This document shows, in pieces, positions 9,446-16,815 of a DNA stretch of 62,571 nt. Position 1 is the first letter of the stretch, and the number at the start of each line of letters is the position of its first letter. The stretch is from Deltaproteobacteria bacterium. GTDB taxonomy: Bacteria; Desulfobacterota; Desulfobacteria; Desulfobacterales; JAUWMJ01. The position numbers and the translations under genes are program-made. The stretch covers positions 1 to 62,571 of the forward strand of contig DAOWEJ010000002.1 of NCBI GenBank assembly GCA_030638575.1, read 5' to 3'. Below the pieces are notes generated by a model. It saw only the letters and a list, made by a program, of their open reading frames with translations. It had not been told where the DNA came from and ran no database searches.

Positions 9446-11095
9446 ATGAAAATAGCAATAGCACAAATTAATCCTGTAATCGGTGATTTCAACCATAATT
9501 TCGACAAGATAAAATACTATGCGGAAGAAGCTATAGCCCTTTCATGCGATCTGGTTATATTTTCCGAGCTTACTGTTTCAGGATATCCTCCAAGGGACCT
9601 TCTTGAAAAGGAGGATTTTGTTGACACAAACATAGCATATTTAAGCAACCTTGTATCCTCAATAAACGGCATAGGCGTTATTTGCGGTTTTGTTGATAAG
9701 AACCCGGATGATGAAGGAAACTGGCTTTTTAACTCTGCCGTTCTTTTTGAAAACGGAAAAGTCCTGCACAAGATTAACAAGCGGCTCCTGCCGACTTATG
9801 ATGTGTTTGATGAAAGGCGTTATTTTGAACCCGGCATAGAGGTCGTAAGTTTTCCATACAAGGGGCGCAGGATAGGGCTTACCATTTGTGAAGATGTCTG
9901 GAACGACAAGGAAGCAATAAAGAAAAGAATCTATCATTTAGACCCGGTTTCATTGATGATAGAAGATGGCGCTGATCTGATTGTAAATATATCAGCATCT
10001 CCTTTTCATGTCGGAAAAAGGGAGTTCAGATGGGATATGCTTGGGTCTATTGCTAAAAAATATGATGTTCCACTGGTTTTTGCAAACCAGGCGGGAGGAA
10101 ATGACAGCGTTTTATTCGATGGAATAAGCGCTGCCTTTAATCGAGAAGGGAAGATGGCAGCACGGGCCAAAGATTTTAAGGAAGATCTTGTAGTGTTTGA
10201 TTTAAAAAGGACTGAGCCTGACGAGCAGAACCTTCATGCAGTTGCAGGCTCGGATACGGAATCGATACTAAAAGCTCTTATCATGGGAACACACGACTAT
10301 GTAACGAAATGTGGTTTTAAAAAGGTTGTCATTGGTTTAAGCGGAGGAATAGATTCGACATTGACAGCATATATTGCTGTTTCGGCGCTGGGAAAAGAAA
10401 ATGTTTCAGCCGTCTTTATGCCGTCACAATATACCTCGAAAGATAATTATGAAGATACGGAAAAACTGTCAAAAAATCTTGGGATCAAGCTCGAAACGAT
10501 TCCGATTGACGGTATGTTTAAAGAGTTTTTGAAATATATTTCACCTTCTTTTAAGGAAAGTGATCCCGGTGTTACAGAGCAGAATATACAGGCAAGAATA
10601 AGAGGCACTATTCTCATGGCAATGTCCAACAGGGAGGGTAGTATTCTTCTTTCCACCGGTAACAAATCTGAGCTGGCGGTCGGCTATTGCACCCTTTATG
10701 GCGACATGAACGGCGGCCTGGCAGTAATTTCCGATGTTCCCAAGACAGCAGTTTATGACCTTGCCCGTTTTATAAATACTGAAAAAGAATATATCCCGTC
10801 CAGGATTATTACAAAAGCACCTTCTGCCGAACTCAAACCAGGCCAGACAGACCAGGATGACCTGCCGGCCTATGACATTTTAGATTCAATATTAAAAGGA
10901 TATATCGAAGACTTTAAAGGTGCTGACGAACTTGTGAAGATGGGATTTGCCAGGGATCTGGTTGAGGATGTTATATCAAGGGTTGACCGGAATGAATACA
11001 AAAGACATCAGGCAGCTCCCGGTCTTAAGGTGACGTCAAAGGCGTTCGGTTACGGCAGGCGGTATCCGCTGGCGCAAAGATATACACCCAAATAA
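9446..11095 (+). CDS. nadE: glutamine-dependent NAD+ synthetase
   Basis: N-terminal CN-hydrolase (nitrilase-like) domain with the catalytic-Cys context (LTICEDVW). C-terminal NAD synthetase domain with the SGGIDS PP-loop. Confidence 0.9.
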   Translation: MKIAIAQINPVIGDFNHNFDKIKYYAEEAIALSCDLVIFSELTVSGYPPRDLLEKEDFVDTNIAYLSNLVSSINGIGVICGFVDKNPDDEGNWLFNSAVLFENGKVLHKINKRLLPTYDVFDERRYFEPGIEVVSFPYKGRRIGLTICEDVWNDKEAIKKRIYHLDPVSLMIEDGADLIVNISASPFHVGKREFRWDMLGSIAKKYDVPLVFANQAGGNDSVLFDGISAAFNREGKMAARAKDFKEDLVVFDLKRTEPDEQNLHAVAGSDTESILKALIMGTHDYVTKCGFKKVVIGLSGGIDSTLTAYIAVSALGKENVSAVFMPSQYTSKDNYEDTEKLSKNLGIKLETIPIDGMFKEFLKYISPSFKESDPGVTEQNIQARIRGTILMAMSNREGSILLSTGNKSELAVGYCTLYGDMNGGLAVISDVPKTAVYDLARFINTEKEYIPSRIITKAPSAELKPGQTDQDDLPAYDILDSILKGYIEDFKGADELVKMGFARDLVEDVISRVDRNEYKRHQAAPGLKVTSKAFGYGRRYPLAQRYTPK

Positions 11096-11097
11096 TG

Positions 11098-11368
11098 CCT
11101 GAACGAAAAGCAATTTTCAGGCAAAATCCGAATGCCGAGTATCGAAATCCTAAACAAATTCGAATTCAGCGGTCGTAGCATACGCTACTATGGCGAAGTC
11201 GGCTATCAAATGAAAGAATGACTGAAACTAACCACGCCTGAGGAGTGAGAAATACGATGTTTTTGTCATTAGAATATTCGTATTTTGATTTCGCCTCAGG
11301 CGGATTTCATATTTCGTGCTTCGGATTTTGAATTTATGACCAAAAACAGGATTTTACGGTCAGGCACC
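11098..11368. repeat. repeat family D copy D1 (~250-bp composite palindromic element)
   Basis: Shares ends (ctgaacgaaaa...ttt(t)acg(g)tcaggcac) and internal blocks (aaattcgaat, atcaaatga, gatgttt.tgtcatt, tttcgtgcttcggatttt) with 60842-61080. Confidence 0.7.
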
Positions 11369-12592
11369 ATGCCATTTAATAGTTTCTATCTCTTGTCTTT
11401 GTATAAATTGCCCTAACAGCGGCACAGCAAAGGAATATTTACCATACCTGTTCTTATATACTATACCGGCGTTACTTAATGAAGAAAGCATTTGGTTTAC
11501 ATGGCTACTGCTAAATGGTTTCTCAAGTATTTCTTTCGATAAATCAACTATTTCATGAACAGCAAACTCCAATTCACAATTTTTAAGTCTGGCAATTACA
11601 TAAAGCAACGCCCTTTGCCTGTCAGTAGCTCTGGCCCATCTCCCTGCGAAAAAATCCGTATCAAGTTTTCTCACTATCTCTTCTACCGGGATAGATGGCT
11701 CTTTTCCAACACTGATTTTCTGTACAAAAGCATCATAAACTTCCCTACAGATAAATTGAATAAAATATGGATAACCATCTGACAATTTCACAATTTCATC
11801 TACAGAATCGTCTGTTAATTTAACAGGGCAGTTTGTGTCTTCTATTGGTTTTAAGATGGCATCTTTGCTTTCAACTGTAGAAAGTCTGTTTAGGAAAACC
11901 ACTCTGAACATTCTTTCGGCAAATGTTCTTGCTTCAACCAGTTTCGGGAATAATGTCGGCAGGCCTGTTAATACTAACATAAAAGGGATGCCTTTTTTTT
12001 GAATAGATTGAAATACATCTAATAAAATTGATAATGGATATTGGTCTTTGGCAGTGTGGTCAGCTAAATTCTGTGCCTCATCATAGGCGAATATTAATCC
12101 TTTTGGTTTTTGCATAGAAAGACATTCCCATACAACCTCAAGAAGGTTTTTTAATTGATCGGAGACAAGTCCCGGCGTATTATCATAAATATTTTTTAAG
12201 GTATGAAAATTAAGTGTATATTCAATAGATTCAGTTTCAGAAGCAAAACCAATTTTTTGTGCTTCAGATTTCTCAATAACGATATTTGACGTTACAACAG
12301 ACAGGTCAGTCAGAAGACGGATAGAAATATTATTTTCGCTGATACTTGCTGATTCTGACAGATCTGTCCCTATCCATAACCATTTATCTTTGATAGCTTC
12401 CGGTTTAAAAGCGTCGAGTAAAACCGTTTTGCCGACTCCTCTTAAACCGGTAAGAACCATGTTTTCGAGAATTGTTTCTTGTGTTAATAACCTAAGAAAT
12501 TCTTGCGTTTCCTTTGTTCTTCCTGCTAAATATGGTGGAGTATGCCCGGCTCCGGGGCGGAAAGGGTTCTTAAATTCATGTTGGTTTTCCAT
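11360..12592 (-). CDS. ORC/Cdc6-like (Arch_ATPase/AAA_16-type, STAND-like) ATPase with C-terminal winged-helix-like domain
   Basis: N-terminal NPFRPGAGHTPPYLAGR lead-in. Walker A is GLRGVGKT and Walker B is LIFAYDEAQ. The C-terminal ~90 aa look like a wHTH. GGAGGTG lies upstream of the ATG. The last codons and the stop lie inside repeat family D. Confidence 0.7.
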   Translation of the reverse strand: MENQHEFKNPFRPGAGHTPPYLAGRTKETQEFLRLLTQETILENMVLTGLRGVGKTVLLDAFKPEAIKDKWLWIGTDLSESASISENNISIRLLTDLSVVTSNIVIEKSEAQKIGFASETESIEYTLNFHTLKNIYDNTPGLVSDQLKNLLEVVWECLSMQKPKGLIFAYDEAQNLADHTAKDQYPLSILLDVFQSIQKKGIPFMLVLTGLPTLFPKLVEARTFAERMFRVVFLNRLSTVESKDAILKPIEDTNCPVKLTDDSVDEIVKLSDGYPYFIQFICREVYDAFVQKISVGKEPSIPVEEIVRKLDTDFFAGRWARATDRQRALLYVIARLKNCELEFAVHEIVDLSKEILEKPFSSSHVNQMLSSLSNAGIVYKNRYGKYSFAVPLLGQFIQRQEIETIKWHGA

Positions 12593-12737
12593 ATGCCACC
12601 TCCATATTTATATGTTGAGTTAAATTTAGTCTTCAGTCTAAAAGTAGCCCACAATATAAAAGTTGTCAAGAAAAATATTTACCATAAAAAATATTTAGGC
12701 AAAAAGTTGGCGATCGCCTAGTGCTTTTGAATAATAT

Positions 12738-12926
12738 TTGGCGAATAGCATGAGACATAAAAAATTTAACTGTGAACGGATACGCTTGAAGGATTCAAAA
12801 AAAAGCGATTTTGATAAAGCAGTAAAATTTATTGAATCATTAAAAAAGAAAACTTTTGGGGAGACTCCTTGTTACGACTTCGCTTTTTGTTTCAATCCGA
12901 TTCCCCGAAAGGTTGAAAAAACTTAA
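12738..12926 (+). CDS. small basic hypothetical protein (doubtful)
   Basis: The ORF comes from the track only. An internal ATG at 12750 gives MRHKKFNCERIRL... No SD or motif recognised. Confidence 0.2.
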   Translation: MANSMRHKKFNCERIRLKDSKKSDFDKAVKFIESLKKKTFGETPCYDFAFCFNPIPRKVEKT

Positions 12927-13010
12927 TTTGATTGTTATAGATACCGATACATCATATAGAATTAAAATGGGAATTTATATGCCCCTTTAGTTTTATGATA
13001 TTTTAATATT

Positions 13011-13811
13011 ATGAAAAAGCCCGATACTCATAAAATTGATTTGCTGCTTCAATACACACTTTTAGTGGCAGGACGGGAAGATTGGGGAAGTCGCGAACTC
13101 GGGATGATTCATCTTATTAAATATCTATACCTTGCCGATTTGGCCTACTCAGAACATCATAATGGGCAAACATATACAGGGCTTAATTGGAAATTTTATC
13201 ATTTTGGTCCATGGTCAGAAGAATTATATCAAAGAATTGAACCTGCTCTACTATCAATCGGGGCAGAAAAGAAGGTATATCCAAGCACCAAGTATGAAAA
13301 AGATTGTGTACGGTGGTTGATTCAAAACGATGAGATGTTCGAAGAGCTGGACAGCGAATTAAGTATAATACTTACCGGTGCCGTTCAGAGGTTGGTACAT
13401 AAATTTGGATCAGATACCGAAGGGATTCTACACTTTGTATATAAAACAGTACCAATGCTTCAAGCTTCACCAGGAGAGATGCTAGACTTTACACCTCATA
13501 CATCCAGCGATCAACAATCTGAACAAGCTCAAGAAGAAGACACAACTTCTACTCCTTTAACCGCTCGCCAACTAAAGAAGAGAAAAGAAAAACTTTCTGT
13601 TATAAGGAAACATTTAAAAGAAAGATTGGATGAGAAAAAGAAACAAGTACGATTTATCCCGACACCTCCAAGGTATGATGATGTTTTTTTTGAAGGTGTG
13701 AAGTATCTTGATTCACTTGCCGGAGAACCAATAGAGCCTTTAGAAGGAACTCTTATTATCGCAGATAGTGTTTGGAAATCAAAAGCAAGGTTTGATCCTG
13801 ATGTACCCTGA
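13011..13811 (+). CDS. Panacea (DUF4065/SocA/GepA-like) domain protein, putative type II antitoxin (PanA-like)
   Basis: The N-terminal region IHLIKYLYLADLAYSEHHNGQTYTGLNWKFYHFGPWSEELYQRI matches the K-L-x-K-L-L-Y-x-A...G-x-P-x-T-G...Y-x-x-G-P-W/V signature I associate with DUF4065. The C-terminal half is highly charged. Its 3' end overlaps the next ORF. Confidence 0.6.
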   Translation: MKKPDTHKIDLLLQYTLLVAGREDWGSRELGMIHLIKYLYLADLAYSEHHNGQTYTGLNWKFYHFGPWSEELYQRIEPALLSIGAEKKVYPSTKYEKDCVRWLIQNDEMFEELDSELSIILTGAVQRLVHKFGSDTEGILHFVYKTVPMLQASPGEMLDFTPHTSSDQQSEQAQEEDTTSTPLTARQLKKRKEKLSVIRKHLKERLDEKKKQVRFIPTPPRYDDVFFEGVKYLDSLAGEPIEPLEGTLIIADSVWKSKARFDPDVP

Positions 13812-14508
13812 TGATTCAATTCAAGGCATGTTATCTCCAACTCCTTGGTGGGAAAAGGATAGTAACCGGGATTATAAACGAGGCAGGTTGGTTAATTTTT
13901 TTGCCCCTCACGTTGATCAAAGTCCTTTTACTCTTATTTCTGTAGGAAGGAATGAGGCCACAGAGCATAATACAGCCCTTGTAAAAATTACCCCCCTTGA
14001 TATACGAAGTGTGATACGATATCCAAAACTCCCTGTTGCAGCATTGCCTCAATACAAAAATGAAGTAAGGACTGTTTATAGAGCCAAAAAACGCCCGGGT
14101 CTTATTGTTTGCAGTGGCGGATCTAAGATCGACAAAATTCTGACAGAAGGGAAAGCTAAATGGCAAACTTCGCGTACTGTGTTAGTTGCGCCATATTACG
14201 GCGCTGATGAAGGTGAGAAAAGGTCTGGTTTCAAGCCGGAATTTGTAAAAAGAATCCGACGGTGTGAATATCCGCAGTATATGTGGGATCTTTTACCAAT
14301 AAATGGAAGTACTAAAGACTCGGTCATGAGGTTGGACCACCTACAACCAGTCGGCCGGAGTCAAGACTCAATGGAACTTTTAGACTATTGTCTTAGTGAC
14401 GATGCCCTTTTACTTTTCGATGAATGGCTGGAATGGCTTCTGAAGGGTTCTCTTGAAACTGACACCATGTTTGGTGAACTTAGAGAAGACCTGATAAATC
14501 TCCCTTGA
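13801..14508 (+). CDS. divergent MazF/PemK-fold toxin-like protein (putative PanT partner)
   Basis: Ordered matches to MazF/PemK blocks: RGRLVNFFAP (cf. GDLIWVDFDP), KKRPGLIVC (cf. HRPAVVLS), TVLVAPYYG (cf. CLCVPCTT) and DSVMRLDHLQPVGRS (cf. ALADQVKSI). A ~55-aa insertion follows block 1 and there is an extra C-terminal helix. Start chosen at ATG 13801, giving an 11-nt overlap with the upstream stop. GTG 13768 and ATG 13828 are alternatives. Confidence 0.5.
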   Translation: MYPDDSIQGMLSPTPWWEKDSNRDYKRGRLVNFFAPHVDQSPFTLISVGRNEATEHNTALVKITPLDIRSVIRYPKLPVAALPQYKNEVRTVYRAKKRPGLIVCSGGSKIDKILTEGKAKWQTSRTVLVAPYYGADEGEKRSGFKPEFVKRIRRCEYPQYMWDLLPINGSTKDSVMRLDHLQPVGRSQDSMELLDYCLSDDALLLFDEWLEWLLKGSLETDTMFGELREDLINLP

Positions 14509-14751
14509 TGCAATTATTTTCCAGGGTGCCTCAGACATTGCCAGCAATAGAATTTTGTATATCGACTATGCGAGAGCGTGATATTAGGGGTCATTATGTT
14601 TGACTCTTGTATAAAATTAGCAATGATCATACGTGGGCTTGACCATAAGCACTTTGTTTTAAGCGAAGATGACCCTGATAAAAACAAGATCGATAATGAC
14701 GGCAGATTACCCCTGCCGGGTGGGTAAAAAATAATTTTAAAGGAATATGGC

Positions 14752-16815
14752 ATGACAGAAAGATTTAATGAAAAATTGATTGAGATACTTAAGACAGATT
14801 CCCGTTTTGTTGATGATGAAGGGGAACTAGTCAAAGCAGCGGTGATTGACCGTGCATGGAAGATAGACCGGGATTTAGTGAAGCTGTTGCTAGCTGAACC
14901 GGATATTAAAGCAAAATTTTTTGATAAGATTGAAAAACACTGGATTTTTAATATCAATACTTTCATTGAATACCTATCTGACAAAAATTTTCTTGCTAAC
15001 TCATATACCCGCTTCCGCAATAAAATCGGCTTGAACATCGTGGGTAAGTTCCTGCGTGAAAGAGGCGAAGTTTCTCTTGTGTGGCCATATAAGGATTGTG
15101 TGCTGGAAGGCGGGCAAACCAAAGAAGAAGAAAAACGAAAAGAGATTTTTTTTAATGAAATTCTAGCGCAGGATGAAATTGACCGGCTGTTTGACCCGAA
15201 GGTATTGACTAAATGGAAACGCTATACACCGAACGGCAAACAAGAAGTAACAGAGATTAAACGAGATGAAAAAGGCACGATACAGGAAAATCTGATTATT
15301 AAGGGTAATAATTTGCTGGCATTGTATACCCTGAAAACGGGGTTTAGGGGCAAGGTGAAGCTGATCTATATTGACCCGCCTTATAACACAGGCAGCGATT
15401 CTTTTGGTTATAACGATAATTTTAAGCATTCAAGTTGGTTGACATTTATGAAAAACCGGCTGGAGGTGGCGAGGGAGTTATTGAGAGAAAGCGGGTTAAT
15501 TTTTGTTCAATGCGATGATAATGAAGCAGGCTATATAAAAGTATTAATGGATGAAGTCTTTAATATTGAAAATTATATTGCGACCATGTTTATGCAAGTT
15601 AGATATGGGGGTAAAACCTTATCTGAAGACAGTGACTTCCAAAAAGTGATAGAGCAAGGATTTATTTATTCCAAGAATGTTTCTTTATTTAAACCCAATA
15701 AGGACTTAGTTGAATACTCGTTAGATAAATTTGAATGGAAAATCACAGAATTAGAAAAAGGTGATGTTGTTGAGGTAGCAAATAGAAAAGTAGAAATTTT
15801 CAAAAGCGGACAATACAAAATAGAAAAAATTTCCCCGAGTGAAAATGGGTTAAAAGAAACTTGGGCAACAGGGGCATTAGCTAGACAAAAAGGTAGTTCC
15901 GGAGAATTTCTTGCATTAAATCTTGCGCCTCGAAAAGAAAAAGATGGACTATCATGTTTGTACAAAGTGTATGGAATTGGTGAAGATGGTTTAGGCTACA
16001 GATATTTCACCGGTCCCAAAAAAGCTGATGCGAAAAGAGGCAAATTTTATTCTGGAATACCATTGAAAACTTTAGAAGAAATGAAATCCGGAAATAAAAA
16101 CAAGGAAGTTCCGATAGTGAATTTTAGAGATTTTTCAGCTGATTTTGGAAATTGTAGACATGAGGGAGGTGTAAATATTAAAGGTGGTAAAAAGCCTGAA
16201 TTATTGCTTGAGTTCATAATAAGTAAATTTTCTAGTGTGGGAGATATTGTCCTCGATTATCATTTAGGTTCTGGAAGCACTTGTGCTGTGGCTCATAAAA
16301 TGGGTCGCCAATATCTCGGTATTGAACAATTAGATTATGGAAGAAATGATAGTGTTGCGCGGTTAAAAAAAGTTCTCGGCAAGAAGGTGAAAAAAGACGG
16401 CAAACTGTTTGAAGAAATTGAATATGACACCAGCGGCATCTCAAAATCCGTCAACTGGCAAGGCGGCGGAGACTTTATCTACTGCGAATTGATGAAATAC
16501 AACGAAGCGTTTATGGATAAAATTCAAGCTACAAAAACATCTGATAAGCTTATAGAATTATGGAAAGAGATTGCCGAAAACTCTTTTCTTAACTGGTATG
16601 TGAATCCTGAAATACCTCAAGATGCAATCAATGATTTTATCGAAATTGGCAAAACAGAAAACGGTCTGGAAAAACAGAAAAAGCTGCTGGCTAAACTGCT
16701 GAACAAAAACCAGCTATATGTCAATCTTACTGAAATTGAGGATAAAGACTTTGCGGTAAGTAATGAAGATAAAGAATTGAACAGGTCATTTTACGGGGAG
16801 GCGTATAGTGGCTGA
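14752..16815 (+). CDS. mod: Type III restriction-modification system methyltransferase (Mod, beta-class N6-adenine/N4-cytosine MTase)
   Basis: Motif IV is IYIDPPYNTG. A long variable (TRD-like) region separates it from motif I, DYHLGSGSTCAVA. The IV-before-I order is the beta-class order typical of Type III Mod. Its stop overlaps the res start. Confidence 0.85.
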   Translation: MTERFNEKLIEILKTDSRFVDDEGELVKAAVIDRAWKIDRDLVKLLLAEPDIKAKFFDKIEKHWIFNINTFIEYLSDKNFLANSYTRFRNKIGLNIVGKFLRERGEVSLVWPYKDCVLEGGQTKEEEKRKEIFFNEILAQDEIDRLFDPKVLTKWKRYTPNGKQEVTEIKRDEKGTIQENLIIKGNNLLALYTLKTGFRGKVKLIYIDPPYNTGSDSFGYNDNFKHSSWLTFMKNRLEVARELLRESGLIFVQCDDNEAGYIKVLMDEVFNIENYIATMFMQVRYGGKTLSEDSDFQKVIEQGFIYSKNVSLFKPNKDLVEYSLDKFEWKITELEKGDVVEVANRKVEIFKSGQYKIEKISPSENGLKETWATGALARQKGSSGEFLALNLAPRKEKDGLSCLYKVYGIGEDGLGYRYFTGPKKADAKRGKFYSGIPLKTLEEMKSGNKNKEVPIVNFRDFSADFGNCRHEGGVNIKGGKKPELLLEFIISKFSSVGDIVLDYHLGSGSTCAVAHKMGRQYLGIEQLDYGRNDSVARLKKVLGKKVKKDGKLFEEIEYDTSGISKSVNWQGGGDFIYCELMKYNEAFMDKIQATKTSDKLIELWKEIAENSFLNWYVNPEIPQDAINDFIEIGKTENGLEKQKKLLAKLLNKNQLYVNLTEIEDKDFAVSNEDKELNRSFYGEAYSG

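Noticed and set aside
14596-14727. A 43-aa ORF (MFDSCIKLAMIIRGLDHKHFVLSEDDPDKNKIDNDGRLPLPGG) just upstream of mod, possibly a controller protein
   Set aside because: It has no HTH pattern and no convincing SD, and it is too short to evaluate by eye. It is worth a profile search but not supportable as a feature.
14514-15122. A 202-aa minus-strand ORF across the mod start
   Set aside because: It is antisense to the Type III mod gene and the intergenic region, with serine-rich low-complexity sequence and no motif.
15146-15153. T8 homopolymer inside mod as a phase-variation switch
   Set aside because: The tract is short for slipped-strand switching and unremarkable in an AT-rich gene. No longer simple-sequence repeat was seen in mod or res.
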